A DNA stretch of 64,000 nt, from assembly GCA_012295275.1 (NCBI GenBank), contig CM022671.1:34658001-34722000 (forward strand), in the 5' to 3' direction. The stretch is from Chrysomallon squamiferum (taxonomy: Eukaryota > Animalia > Mollusca). Positions 16,510 to 31,075 of this stretch are shown here, piece by piece (the stretch's first letter is position 1; each line of letters opens with the position of its first letter). The position numbers and the translations under genes are program-made. Under the pieces are notes generated by a model, which saw only the letters and a program-made list of their open reading frames with translations, had not been told where the DNA came from and made no database searches.

Positions 16510-17481
16510 TTACCATTGTCTGTTCTTACTTATTTTAACCATTGTCTGTCTCAGTACGTATGTATCTATGTATGTGTTCTAACCATTGTTCTAACCATTG
16601 TCTGTCTCAGTACGTATGTATCTATGTATGTGCGTTCTAACCATTGTCTGTCTCAGTACGTATGTATCTATGTATGTGCGTTCTATCCATTGTATGTCTC
16701 AGCGTTCTATGTACCGTTCTAACCATTGTCTGTCTCAGTACGTATGTATCTATGTCTATGTATCTATGTATGTGTGCGCGTTCTAACCATTGTCTGTCTC
16801 AGTACGTATGTATCCATGTATGTGCGTTCTAACCATTGTGTGTCTCAGTACGTATGTATCCATGTATGTGCGTAACCATTGTATCCACGTATGTATCCAT
16901 GTATGTGCGTTCTAACCATTGTGTGTCTCAGTCGTATGTACGTATGTATCCATGTATGTGCGTTCTAACCATTGTGTGTCTCAGTACGTATGTATCCATG
17001 TATGTGCGTTCTAACCATTGTGTGTCTCAGTACGTATATGTATACGTATGTATCCATGTATGTGCGTTCTAACCATTGTCTGTCTCAGTACGTATGTATC
17101 CATGTATGTGCGTTCTAACCATTGTCTGTCTCAGTACGTATGTATCCATGTATGTGCGTTCTAACCATTGTCTGTCTCAGTACGTATGTATCCATGTATG
17201 TGCGTTCTAACCATTGTCTGTCTCCATTGTGTGTCTCAGTACGTATGTATCCATGTATGTGCGTTCTAACCAGTACGTATGTCTATGTATGTGCGTCTAA
17301 CCATGTGTCTCAGTACGTTATAACCATTGTGTGTCTCAGTACGTACGTATGTATCCATGTATGTGCGTTCTAACCATTGTGTGTCTCAGTACGTATGTAT
17401 GTTCTAATCAGTACGTATGTATCCATGTATGTGCGTTCTGACCATTGTGTGTACGTATGTATCCATGGTGACCATGTGTGT

Positions 17482-17513
<32 letters not shown>

Positions 17514-17540
17514 GTGCATTCTAACCATTGTCTGTCTCGG
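16510..17540. repeat. 46-bp tandem minisatellite (TTCTAACCATTGTCTGTCTCAGTACGTATGTATCCATGTATGTGCG), about 20 units
   Basis: Unit starts at 17067, 17113 and 17159 (period 46); truncated or degenerate units toward both ends. Confidence 0.95.
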
Positions 17541-20500
17541 TATGTGCGAAAGATACTATATTTAATATTTCTCCTCATAATCATATTTCTGTTTTTTTCT
17601 ATTTTGCTATCCCCAGTAAAAAATTACTGTTTGATTTAAACTGACGTAGACTTCAACAACTCGGGGGTGGTTCCATGAACTCCTGAGTTGTTGTAAAATA
17701 TTTTTCTCATGAGTGTCTAACTTGTTTTTTATCAGTCGTTTTAAAGTATGCGTACGTTTCTACAGAAAACAGCGTATCTGTATGTTCTCATACATTTGTA
17801 TATTAATTATAGGTATTAAACAGTGTCCATTATTAAAATAATTATAATTATTATAAAAATTTGAATAATAATAAAAATTTAAAAAAAATACAAAAATACT
17901 CGACAATACAAACGTATTCATACCAAAGGGTCAGCATTTATTTACACCCCCTTTATTAATAAAATTGTATCCGCCCCTTACTCATCCAGAGTACAAAGGT
18001 TACAGCTGGCCACTATATATATCGCAACATTTAGACTTTTTGTACCACCAGAGGTCGCTCATCAGAGCTTAATCTGTTTACAAAGCACTCTGCGGATTTG
18101 TCACTCGTCTTTTCTCTGAAATCAATCGCAATTTGGCTTAGTTTAATACAACTTTCTATCAAAATGCCGGATTCTACGCTATTATTCTTTGTCTTAAGGG
18201 ACAATGGTAAAGAAATTATTTGTGATCGAATTTTTGCGCCGTTATTTCGTTTAGTTTTCAAAATGAAGACTGTAAAGAAAACGTCACATGATATTGTTTA
18301 AGGCAAAAAGGAAATGAGAAAAAGGAGGAAATAACGAAGTAAGAGATAGCATTGAAAGAAATTTTAAAACCTTATGAAGTGAGAATAAATAAAAAAATAG
18401 TTTGAGAGCGAAAGCAGGAGAGACAGAAAAACAGATGTATTATGGATGAATAGTTGATGAACATTTAGCCCAATAGACTGATTGAGCGTTAACTATTAAC
18501 ACAGAAAGATCGATCGCGAGCGAGTGAGAGAGAGAAAAAGAGACATAGAGAGAAAGAAAAAACCAAATTCTACAAATACGTTTAGCAAGGATGTGTTCCA
18601 TTAATGCACAGTGTTTGCGGTAAAGTTTGCGGAAGAGCATGCGGTTACTTTCAGGTGATCCGTATAATATTTGGTACGAATACAACGAAGCGTACTATAG
18701 CTGACAAATTAAACTGGCAGTTTACTTTCAATATCTGAGTAATATGGCGAAATTTTAGACTTCATTTTAATGACATTTGTCATTTCTTAGAATCTGCTGA
18801 TGCAGGAGTTTGTAAATAAAATCCTCGTCTTCATCTGTCTGTATCTGCGACCTGACAACTTGAAAATGCCAGACAACATCTGAGCTGTATATTTCAAAAA
18901 CATGACAGATGAGTATGTTTCCTACCAGAAGATGACGATGATGATGACGTTGGTGATCACACTGATAATGATGATGATGGTTGTCCTCGAGGCTGTGGTT
19001 GTGGTGGTGATGATGATGATGATGATTGCCAGTTCTTACAAGTGGATAATCCTTTTCTCTTTCGTGTCGTCATTATAAAAGTTTTATTTTTTATTTTTAA
19101 ATGGTCTATATCCAACACTTAAGAAACTATTAATGATAAAATACTTTGAATTTAAGCAAATCTTGAAATATATTTTTTCTGTTGAAAAGGACGAGCTGCC
19201 TTTACTGCAGCAAAGAGAAGAAGAAAAAAAAAAAAAAAAAAAAAAGAAACAAATAACATCGGGTTTCGTCTCTTACAGCATTATTAAAATTTCTTATATC
19301 CTACAGCTGTTAGACGTCAGTAATCAAATTGTTTCGGTTATCAATAAACAAATATTTGTTCATAAAAAAAAAAAAAAAACATTCTTTGTTTTTCAAAAGT
19401 AACAAAAGTCTATAGTATGTTGGCGGCTGCTTTCCTCTCGAAAGTTATGAATCCAAAAAATTATATCCAGAATTTTAATAATTAGTAAAATAACTAAAAT
19501 GTCACGAAAAAATCCGTTCATTCATTTAAAGCACTTTTACGTGGGTTTTTTTTTTTTTTTTTTTTTTTTTGATTTGTTATTGTTTTTCTTCTTCATTTTT
19601 TTTTTTTTTTTTTTAATATAATCAATATTCTTGAGAGTTTCTGCATGCTTACGTCCATGAATCCCTAATTACGCACTGCCTGTTATTTTGTGGGTTTTTT
19701 ACAGTTTCTGATTAGATCACTTTAACATATTTTTACGCCTGTTTGCAGCAAGTAATCATGAAACAGCGTGTTTGGCGCGAAGAAAAAATCGCGAAAATTA
19801 GATTCGTTATTTAAACGATACAAGCTTACATGTTCTCTTCACTAGAAAAAAAAAATAAAAAAAAATTGGACCTGAAAATAAGGTTAATAAGCTGGAAATA
19901 AAACTATTGAGAATATGCATGTTTTTCATATCTTGTTCTTTACTACTTCCATAGGTATACTAATAGCAGTATTCGATGTAATAGCATGATAATAGCAGTA
20001 GTAGCAGTGGTAGTAGTAGTTGTAATAGTTGTAATAGCAGTAACAGTGGCAATAGTAGTGGTAGCTGGAGTAGTTAGTAGTAGTAGTATTTAGCTGTAGT
20101 AGTAGTTGCTGGTAGTTGTAGTAATGATAAATTAGTATTAGTAGTGTAACGTTACTAGTAACAGTTATTGCAGTAGCAGTAATGGTAGTATTAGTAGTAT
20201 TATTAATACTCGTTTCTAATAGCAAGAGTTGTAGCAGTAGTTAGTATTAGTAGTAGCAGCAGTAATAGTAGTAATAGTAGTAATAACAGTTAGACCTCAA
20301 CACATTTGGATGCTAATAGAAGTAGTAGAAGTATTAGTAATTGCTAGTAGTAGAAGTAATTAATAGTAGGACTAGGAGTAGTAATATTGTTGATGGTTTT
20401 AATACTAGTAGGACTAGTAAACGTAATTGTAGTAATAGTAGCAGTAGTAGTAGTAGCAGCAGCAGCAGAAGCAGCCAGTGTAGTTGTAGTAACAGTTCTC

Positions 20501-22902
20501 GATTCGCCGCTATAAGCATATAACATTGGTATTCCAGATTATTAAATCCAATTTTCTTTCTTTCCCGAAGCAAAATATTTTTTCCACATTGTTCATTATC
20601 CAGTTAGTGTTTATGGACATGGATATAAATCTGTTTAAAAACTGATACATTACCAAGTTATGAAAAACATTAGTAAGCCAAATAAAAATCTAGGTTTATG
20701 ACATAAAAAAACCCATTATCTACGTATTTTTAAAATATCTTGCCCAGCAAAGATAGTACACGAAACAAACAAGAAAGTATTTGCAATACAGAAGATAGTT
20801 TTTAACACTCAAATGATATTTCAGACATAACAGAGAGTATCTGAAACAGAAGACAGTAACTGAAAAAGCAAATGTTGGTGTAAAGGTGAATATAAAAGAT
20901 CCCTAGCTGCTGATCTAAAAGAATAACCCATGCAGAGACTGCAAAATAACACATATTCATTTTCTGATACAAATCAGTAATTTATTAACTTTTATAATTA
21001 TATTAAATATCATCTGTTTGTTGTGTCTCCTTTTTTTTTTTTTTTTTTTCTTTATGTTTTTAATCTTAAAAAAAAAGAGGAAAAGATTAAGTTACCTTTC
21101 AGGCCCAGTTCTTAGTGATTTGCAGCAATAAATCTTTATGAAATGTAGATATAATTTAACACCAAAATTCAGTATACTCTACTTCACTAATTCACGAGAA
21201 TTAAATTAATCATTGTCTGGGCTGAAATAATTTGTTTTTCTGTCATGTATCTTTAATTACATTGTCATGGTTTAATACAATTCGTTGAAAACGTGTGCAA
21301 TTTGTAACCGAGACAAATTGAATTACCAAGAAAATGCCTTGCATTTCTCAAGGACTTAAGTGCTGTATGTATTTATCTGATTAAGCGCTGAAAACTCAAA
21401 GAGAATAGAAATATTGCCCCGGGGTCGCGTAATTAGCAGTTTTGCGTTCACGGGGTACAGTTCTGTGAAAACTGAAACCTAATATTACACTAATTTAACT
21501 ATCGATGTTGAGGAAACCAAAAAGCAAAACAACATCAAAAAAAAAAAAAATAATAGTAATAATAATAATAATTTGTTTTATGTTTTTTTTTGTTATCTTT
21601 TCATTTTTTTTTTTTTCATTTCCTTTCCTTTTTTTTTCAAATTATTTTTTTTTTATTTTTTTTTTTTTTTGTTTTTTTTTTAGGTTTCTTTAATCGATTT
21701 TGTGGGAAATCATATGTTGTTCGGTTTTTTAGATTTTATTTATTTTATTTTATTTTATTTTATTTATTTTATCTTAGTTTTATTTAATTTTTTTTTTTTT
21801 ATTATTATTATTATTATTTATTTTTTTTTTTTTTATTTACTTTCTAACATACTAACATATTTATTTATTTACTTACTTATTTATTTAGAATTAATTAGAA
21901 TACAGTCCATTATGAATCAGTACCACTCAAAGCCTTAACTAAAGTACTCTCCCATTAGCTACATCTTTAAACTTGTTTACCTTGGAAATGTTTTCACATA
22001 AAAGTGGTTTGTATAAATTATTCTTTTCGACAGAATAATGAGGTCATTTCATGTCGTCATCGTTATAACTGCATATTTCGTTATTTATTTTATTTTATTT
22101 TATTTTTTTTTTTTTCGTTTTATTAGTATTTTTTTTTTATTTTATTATGATTATAATTTTTTTATTATTATTATTTTTCTTGTCTCTTGCTGAAGTTCGC
22201 AATAGTTCAAGTGTCCTTATTTCCGAAAACAAACTTTCAACAAGCAAATACTTTCATTTTTGTTTTATAGATTTTTTTATTTTATCTTTATCTTGTTTGT
22301 TTTGTGTGGTTTCTCCATTTCTTTTATTCGTAAGAAAATTATTTATAATTGTATTCACATTCGCAAATTCTAAGAGATAAAAAGATCCAAATGCCAAAAA
22401 AAAAAAAAATCTCCGAATTATTGAACATCAAAGGAACACGATCCGGAATTTCTGGCAATTTTTCTTAGAGCATTATAAATAAACACTCCGGGCTTGCCAC
22501 ACGTAAGAAAAGTCCTTTGTTGTTTAGGGTTTTATCCAAGCAAAAGAAGTTTATTTTTCATCAGTGATATATTAAAATATTAAGTTACAGCATCTGCCAT
22601 AGGCAGGGCAAAAAATCGGGAGAAAATTAGAAGAAATAGTGGCCGGATCGTTGATGAATATGAGGTGTGGTGAAAGAAAGAAAGAAAGAAACAAAGAAAC
22701 AAAGAAGGAAATAAAAAAAAATAATAAAAAAAAAAATGAAAAAGAGAGAAAAGAAAAGAAATTAGAAGATGAGATATTTAATCCTTCTGTATCCTGCCTT
22801 CCATAATTTTGTCACCTTCTGAGTTTTATAAATGGATGATATTCTGATTTGAAGTTTACGTAGTCCAATCAAAATACAATAATTTGTTGTTGTTTTTTCC
22901 CA

Positions 22903-22966
<64 letters not shown>

Positions 22967-23665
22967 GAATTAATTATATACTCGAAAGGAAAAAAGTATG
23001 TAATCAAACAAATGGCTAACAAAAATGAAACAGACTATTTTCTCAACACGTGCGTTTACAGAAGTATTTAAGGAATGGGCCGGTAGCAAAATGAAAGCTT
23101 CACTGATCAAAGGACAGACTCTTCTCTTCAGATCTGAAAAAGAATATATTTCCTGCAACACCTCCTCGTGTACGTTTGTACTCCCACGAATACGCATAGA
23201 ACCAGTAAAAAAAAAAAAAAAAAATAGGTTATGAAAAAAGCATTGAAGTGTGTCAACAGTAATATACGCTAAGCGTATAATTATTTTATTCTTCCTATAC
23301 ACCGTGACCACTAAATCCTTCACTAATGTTAATTAATGACAAAAGAAACAATATGTTAAATATTAAAACTATTTTAAAATGTTAATTAATAACAAAAGAA
23401 ACAATAAATTAAATATTAAAACTATTTTAAAATAAATTGACAAATTGGAAACCATTCATAATATCATGACTTTTAAGGCCGCAGTCAGTTGCATATTCAG
23501 GGAATGAGATCGATAAGGTTTAGAATGTCTATTGCAGAATTTTATTCTTCCCTTTGACTTTCGCTATGTAAGCGATTTTTTTTTATTTTTTTTTTTTTTA
23601 TTCTTCTTCTTCTTTTTTATTTTAATTTATTTTTTTCAGTTTAATTTATTATGATTCTTCTTCCT

Positions 23666-23704
<39 letters not shown>

Positions 23705-24309
23705 TTTACTGTCTCTCTTTTAAGAACAGGAAATCGCTCAACTGAACGTAACAGTTTCATGGTTTCTAAACTTCTAGTCAAGTGCAAATTTAGAAGAATC
23801 TTCAAAACTGTTTTTTTTTTTTTTTTTTTTTTTTTTTTTGACAAATTCATCCTCCCGCGATCACATACTATATAATATCTTATTTACATGTTTATCTTAA
23901 CACAGTCTGTATTTACCTTACGTTTTAAATAATTTATTCTAGAGGAAATGAAAGAGACAAAGATTATTCAAGTTCTGCTCTCTTCAGTAGCTCTTTTTCT
24001 CGTTCTCTCTCTGTCTTACGATATCTCTTAAACCCACGAGTCCCAGATTTTATGGAGTTTAATTCCAACAACAACAACAATAATAATAAATGAAATATTA
24101 ACAGTTATAATAATAATATTGATGATGACGATGATGATGATGATGATAATGATGATGACAATAGTCATGATAGTCGTGATGATGGTGATGATGACGATGA
24201 CGATGACAGTCATGACAATCATGATGATGATGATGATGGCGAAATACTTCGTAGAATGTTTCTGAGACTATGTCAGCCTGATTAAAAACAAGATTGGTTA
24301 TATTTTCAG

Positions 24310-24433
24310 TTTTCAAGATGGCGTACGGAGAATGCCCCAACAACACCCCACAGAGGATAAACGAGTGTACAAACCCGTTTGTCCAGTTCCTCAACAGCAC
24401 GGTCGATTCCGACTCCATCAACAAAATATGCCG
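24310..24433 (+). CDS. Gene A exon 2: FKMAYGECPNNTPQRINECTNPFVQFLNSTVDSDSINKIC(R)
   Basis: Acceptor tattttcag|, donor CG|gtaagt, 124 nt (phase 1 to 2), open frame. The C-x10-C motif and terminal C + phase-2 intron mirror exon 2 of the minus-strand paralogues. Confidence 0.88.
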
Positions 24434-24583
24434 GTAAGTGCTGTCCTGTGATATTGGTTAGTTATTACTACTAGAAGTGTTACACAGACTATAGTTCATA
24501 TTTATTAGTACCAACAATTCACAGGAACGAGATTATGAGAATCGAGCTGAAGTTTCTGAACCCATTTATTCATGGTGATCAAA

Positions 24584-24631
<48 letters not shown>

Positions 24632-24829
24632 CATTTATTTATTTATTTATTAAACAACTTTTTTATTAGTAGTATTATTACTATCATTATTCATTCATTC
24701 ATTCCTTAATCTACTTAAATACATACATATTTTTATACTAAAACTACTTTTTTTTTTTTTTTTTTTTTTTTTTTACGTATTACAGTTAATTAGTGTATTT
24801 ATTTATTTATTTATTTATATTTTACGCAG

Positions 24830-24960
24830 CATTCTCAAACGAATTCCAGTCTGTCTGAACAAAATTCTTACTGAATGTGGCGATCAGAATAAAACGACTC
24901 CGATCAAGGAGTACTTGAAAGAGGCTACTTACAGCTGGCAAAAACGATTCGACCACAAGT
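24830..24960 (+). CDS. Gene A exon 3: ILKRIPVCLNKILTECGDQNKTTPIKEYLKEATYSWQKRFDHK(C)
   Basis: Acceptor tttacgcag|, donor T|gtgagt, 131 nt (phase 2 to 1), open frame. CLNKILTEC matches CMKKITDDC and CLRKIFDEC of the paralogues. Confidence 0.88.
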
Positions 24961-25519
24961 GTGAGTTGCTTTGCGGTCAGTTTTTCGTCATTTTAAAGTT
25001 AGAGTTGTTGTTGATGTTGTTGTTGCCGTTGTTGCTGATGACCACGACATCGCTGCAGTGCTTATAACGGCGCTGCTGTTGATAAACTTCTTCTTCTTTT
25101 CGTTATTTTTATCATTGCTGTTGTTGCATCGTTTTTATAAATTTTTAGCTGTGGTGGATGTTGTTGTTACTGCTGTCATCGTTGTTATTGTGGTTCATGT
25201 TTATCTTACTGTTTCGACTATTTCTGTTATTATTATTGTTGTTGTTGTTGTTGCGTTTTTGTTGTCGTTCGTCGTAAGTTCTTGCTGATGGTGCTCTTTT
25301 TCTGTGTCTTATTTTGTATTATTTTTTTATTTTGTTTGTTGTTGTTGTTATATGTACAATGATTGATACAATTTTGTTTTAATATTATTATCGTTGCTGT
25401 TGTTCTTATTATTATTGCTCTTTGTTTTATTCTTTCTTATCGTTGTCGTCCTCATTATAATTTTCGTTGTTTTCGTTATTGTTCCTATTATTCCTGAAAG
25501 AGTTTGTTTTCTTTTGATA

Positions 25520-25568
<49 letters not shown>

Positions 25569-25574
25569 TTGCAG

Positions 25575-25663
25575 GTATGACATCAATGGCATCGACCTCC
25601 AGTGATAACCGATATCTCTTTATTTCACTGTTGATTTCCGTAACGACGTCACTACTTTCGTGA
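25575..25663 (+). CDS. Gene A exon 4 (terminal): (C)MTSMASTSSDNRYLFISLLISVTTSLLS*, GPI-signal-like tail
   Basis: Acceptor ttttgcag|GT completes the 6th Cys codon (T+GT). A small-residue spacer and hydrophobic C-terminus follow, with TGA at 25661-25663. Total CDS 408 nt = 135 aa. Confidence 0.85.
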
Positions 25664-25933
25664 CGTCACATATAAGGGAGATCACTGAAAACAAAATACC
25701 CGCTGTCTTTCTCTTCAGTTACTTTCTTCTTTTTCTTTATCTTCCTCTTCTTCTTTTTATTTTTTTATTTATTTATTTTTTTTTTTTTTATTCACAATTT
25801 TTTTCTTTCGTTCACATTTGTTCTATAATCAAATAACCGATAATTAATTTTATTATTAAAATCATCGTATTATCCTTATTATCGTCGTCATCATCATTAT
25901 TAATTGCTTATTTACTTATATATTCTTATATAT

Positions 25934-26027
<94 letters not shown>

Positions 26028-27334
26028 CAAATTATGAATAATTTGATTGCAGCCATATTTTTAATGTTGTGGGGTCATCAAATGTAAAGAAGACTAATTT
26101 GCTATAACATTTCTTGTACGCCATGACGTCACAACACGAATTGAGAAAAGTAAATATGGCGATAAATGCTGTCGTACATTAAACATATATAACTAGAAAT
26201 ATTATAACTAGCTCAAATAATAAAATAATAACTCGCAATTTTAATATTTGATCTTTATTTTATTTTTATTTTTTTTTTGTTATTAATTATTATATGTTTT
26301 TTGATATTGTTATTCTTATTATTATCATCATCATCATCATTATTATTACTGAAAGAAAAAAAAAATAATTACACAACTACACATTCTGACGGAATCATAA
26401 ATTTCACTAATGGAACAAAATTAAACTTATAAGAAAAAAGAAACGTTTCCTGTACTTTTTAGATCACAGAATTTTTGCTTAGAGATTATAGTTCCTAGGG
26501 AATGTTGTCAAGTAAAAATAATTTGCTGCGGTAACATATATACTGGGTTAAAATGTGGCCATCCATCTCACTTAGTTGTTTTAATTGCGTCGTTATTATT
26601 ATGATTATTATTTTAATTTGGAACATTTATTTGCTACTGCAACACACACACACACACACACACATATCTACACAGAAACATACATACATACACACATATT
26701 GTAATTTATGTGAACAAATAATATCAAATTTGATTTTGAATTGAAAAAAAAAAACAAAATGTAAATATAAATTTTATGTATGTTGTTTATTGTTATTGCT
26801 TTTTGTACTTTTAATTAAACACAACATACTCACACGCACAAAATAACGCACACACACACATTTTATTATGTTTATGTAAGTATACATATTTTTCTTCTGT
26901 ATACTTATACGATATTGTAAATACGTTTATTACAGAAATCAACTGAAAATGTGTGCTGTTTCATCTTTAATTACTAAATATAATGTTTAAATATTTAGGT
27001 AGTTTGTTTAATGATAATTACTATCTGAACTCTATCTATGCATCGAGTTTCTTTCGAGATTATGGATTAAGGAGTTATCTCCCTTAAATACATACTCGGT
27101 TGGACAAAAATTTCGTTAACGCATTGATTGTATATTCATGGTATGAGTTCCCCAACAAAATGTCTGGCCACCACAAAACATCTTTACCACTAGACTGCAA
27201 ACCATCTATAATAATACTTGAATTCACTGACAAGTAATAACGCGTTATAAACTATGATACATTAATAAACAATACTTTATTATAAACTGTTAGTGTTACG
27301 ATAATACATTAAATAAAAAATACTTTATTTTAAA

Positions 27335-27458
27335 GCTGTGTCAACTGACTTTATTTCACTGACTTTTATTTTGCTGTCTCACGGGGCCGGATGTTAATTG
27401 CAAACAACATGGCGGGCCAGACAATCTAACTTCTCGGGCCGGAGATTACCCGCCCCTG
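27335..27458 (+). mobile_element. hAT/Charlie-like MITE 3' fragment
   Basis: GC-rich gggccgg subterminal repeats ending in cgcccctg within AT-rich DNA, similar in style to the ends of the 38129-40550 element. Confidence 0.45.
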
Positions 27459-29730
27459 TTTTAAACTACGTCATTCATTAATTCATTAAATAAACTAAAT
27501 TTTATTTTAAACAGTGCACAGTATTAATAAACAATACTTCGTTTTAAACTGCAATGCAGTGATTAAATAATAATTAAACTATGTAATAAATTAAATAAAC
27601 AATATTTAATTTTAAATTTAATTTAATTTCCATGTGGGGAACTGGAGCCTTACTGAAACTTCTACCTGATATATCTGTATAATGCACAAGCTGAAAAAAT
27701 TAAATTAAAATGTTTGTTTTTCAGTAAATAATTTAAACTCTAAGGCCAATAGAAAAACATACATATTAAGTAATAATATATTTTTTTATTATTATAATTT
27801 TTTTATTATTATTATTATTATTTTTTTTTTTTTTTTTTTTTTATGAGAACATACAAATCATCTAACTGATAATAACAGTCCATCGTTTCAATGGGTGGTA
27901 AAAATAAGGACTACAAAATGAACACTGTAAGCGACAGTTAATACTTCGAGAGTGCAAAAAGTCCACACAGACATCATTGTGTTTCAAAACCAAAATAAGA
28001 AACATAAAACCCAATAAAACAACTGTAGTATTTTGTTAGTGAGAAACAACCTCAGTTCAAAACCCGCAGTGAAAACAATAATACCAGCATAAAAGATAAA
28101 AAGAAAGATTTTATTAGATACATTTTACAAGACACAAAATTTACAAGTTGTTTTAATGATTAACAATAATAAAGATGTCTAGAAAAGAACTTGAAAAATA
28201 TAGGAAAATTGATAAATGGCTTTCTTAAAAATAATTAAATTTCAGTATTTGTAAATTTAATAGAGGCAGATATCATTTTATACACATAAAGATACATACA
28301 TACTCACATATGCATATAAAAACACACACATACAAACAGAAACACTCACACATACACACATTATTGCTAATAATTAAAGAATTAATACAAATTAATTTTT
28401 TCTTAAATAACCAATAAAAAATGTATTAATATAATTATTAATGAGACAATAATACTGGAAATTTATTATCTGTATTTTAATTTCAAAATATAAAAACAGC
28501 TGATTTAACAAATAATTATAAAATAAAATAAAATAAAATAAAATAAAATAAAACCTGCTGGAGCCATATAAAACATTAAACACAACAAAAACCAACATCT
28601 TATTTAGTTTACAATTTTCACAAAACTTGCAAAGGAAATCAATGGCATGGAAATTCTAGATTGCTGGATTTATCTTAAAAATTGTTAAAACAAAATATTT
28701 TTAACAAAACAACAAAAAAGTCCTTGGACTGTAGTTGCAGTATAATGGAAGGAAATGAATTAGTTTCAAACAAAATTACTTAATACACAATTTCTTCTAA
28801 ATGACAAATTAAGCAGGCCTGGCGACATTTTGAGTACACATCTAAAATTAATAATCTTTCATATATATACATATATGTATGTTGTTGGTTCTCTAATACA
28901 CATGAAATATATACATACATGTTAAAATATATGTATTTCAAAACAACAAAATAACATTTTTAAAAATAAAACTCTTAATAAGATTTTATTCTACCTCCTT
29001 CTAAAACACTGAGTAAAACATTAAATAATATATATATTTATATATATATTCACAAAATGTGAATTAAAAATAGGCGAAGGCTTGCTGCTTGTTGCATAGA
29101 CACTTAACCTGATCTCTCAAAGTTTTAATAATTATAGATCAGATAAGATGATCAAAGTACAGATGGTTAATTTTTTCAAATATCGATAATACAATTTATA
29201 AAAATGTATTAATAAGAAGGGCATATCAAAACATTGCCTAGATCTCTCTGTGTAATTATAATTAAATACTTTTCTGCAAAAGGTATAAACAAAACAAATA
29301 TGTTTCCTAATTAAACCATTCAACAAATTATTAAAAGAACAGGTCATGCTCGTATTAATTATTATACATAATCAACAGTTTAACAAAACAACATTACAAC
29401 ATTTCTAGTATTTTTGTTTTGTATCATACACTAAATAAGTATTTATTAACACATCATGTTTCATCTGGGTATTCTGTGAGTCAGTTGAATTTAATTCATA
29501 TTTCAAACACAACAAGACAGAAAGATAAGTTTGCTGAGACAGTAAATATCTTAGTAAAATCATTAGTAAACCCTTTATTTTAAATTTAATCCATCTTATT
29601 CTTAATTTAAACATTTTTTTTTATATTTTAACTAAATCCATCATATTAAATTTCAAGCAGTTAACATTCAAAGTAAAATGATGGCAACAAAAGTATTCAT
29701 CTTTTTATTCAAAATTAACAGAACTGAGTG

Positions 29731-29962
29731 TCAAATCATATTCAGAAAGCCAGAAATCAATGCAACAAAAGCAGCAACACACACCAGGAAGATGTTGCCT
29801 GATTTGACTACAGCGTATGATCCGTACTGATGTTTTGGAAGTCGATCATAACAAAACGGAGGAGTATATTCATAGAATATATCTGTTATAATGCGCAGCA
29901 GTTTCTCTGGACAGCTGTCTTGTTGTGATTCTCTCATACACTCCAACATTTTTATAAGAAAT
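29731..29962 (-). CDS. Gene B1 (12-Cys, double module) terminal exon 5: FLIKMLECMRESQQDSCPEKLLRIITDIFYEYTPPFCYDRLPKHQYGSYAVVKSGNIFLVCVAAFVALISGFLNMI*
   Basis: Acceptor tttcag| before 29962, phase 2, 232 nt to TGA, hydrophobic C-terminal tail. Homologous exons at 38039/40685, 52458 and 63668. Confidence 0.9.
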
Positions 29963-30930
29963 CTGAAATTACAGCAGAGATAGATTTTTCCACACATTTC
30001 AGCAAACGTTTTTTATGTTTTGTGTATGAATGAACTTTTAACAACAGAAGGAATCATTCTTTTCTCTGTCGAACATTTCTAAAGCAGATTTGCAGTAGAA
30101 TGAAAAACCCAAAACCATTTTTGAAACAATGAAATATGGCAGTAACACATTAAGTCTGAAAACATGTATGAAAACTGAGGAAGGGTATTCATGACATTTT
30201 ACATATACAGAAAATAGTTATTAAAATAAGAAACCCAGCATGCTTTAATACAGAAGCTGCCTTCCATCCTTACTTTTCAGATTAATGTACTGAACACTGG
30301 TACTGACACATTGTGTTTTTAACAAATTATAGCAAAAGTCACATCAGATGTCACAGAGTGACAGACTGAGGTATTCATAAAATATACATTATATCTAAAA
30401 GATTATTTTTCCAAGGCTAAAAGTAAAAGTATAAAATTACCAGTTACTCATATATTATTTACATGTAGTCAAAGTGATATCCTCACAAGCAAAAAATATT
30501 TAATTTGGCCAAAACCTGAAATGGTCATATAACCATACTGTGTCCACAACCATTTTAACACCTAGATTAAAACTGGCACAAAAGATCATAGAAAACTTTA
30601 GCAGCTTGTTAAATATTACAAAAAAAAAATTCAGAAAAAGATTAATACTGTGTAAATCATTCAATTAGAGCCATGAAAACTCAAAGATTACCCTTGAAAT
30701 GCAAAAAAAAAAAAAAAAAAAAAATAAAAAAAAAAAAATAGCACTCATGACTCCACAGACTTCATTTCTTTCAGCATAACTATGAAGATTTACACATAAA
30801 ATACAATATAATGTGACAAGCAGCAAATTAAATTTAATAACAATGAAAAATAATAAACCTGGAACTATTAATTTTCTAATTCTTTCACATAGACATATAT
30901 TTACTAAATACAAAACAAAGTTCTACATAC

Positions 30931-31075
30931 CCACAGGTCAAATTCATAATTTTTTCCTGATCAGAATTTCCACGCATTGCTAGAAATGAGGCCTGGAACT
31001 TCAGGTTTTCTTTCTCTATACAGATCTGTATAGAGCCACGACTTTTCTTCATGCACCCTTTATTCTGAATGATGT
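30931..31075 (-). CDS. Gene B1 exon 4: (Y)IIQNKGCMKKSRGSIQICIEKENLKFQASFLAMRGNSDQEKIMNLTC(G)
   Basis: Acceptor tttttcaag|, donor GG|gtatgt, 145 nt (phase 1 to 2), open frame, conserved in the paralogues. Confidence 0.88.

Noticed and set aside
16510-17540. Regular repeat array resembling CRISPR
   Set aside because: Head-to-tail units with no unique spacers, no cas genes, and a eukaryotic context.
17654-17693. Short hairpin caacaactcgggggt...actcctgagttgttg as a pre-miRNA
   Set aside because: Only ~40 nt with a 15-bp imperfect stem, too short and without other support.
24098-24424. 108-aa His-rich minus-strand ORF
   Set aside because: Antisense to gene A exon 2 plus a (GAT)n repeat.
25641-25680. 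CRE plus TATAA as a promoter
   Set aside because: TGACGTCA overlaps the TGA stop of gene A, so it is explained as the end of a coding exon.
29963-29997. N-termini MCGKIYLCCNFR / MCENIYLCCNFR / MVFQD of track ORFs as real starts
   Set aside because: These are intronic pyrimidine-tract and acceptor sequence upstream of the exons.
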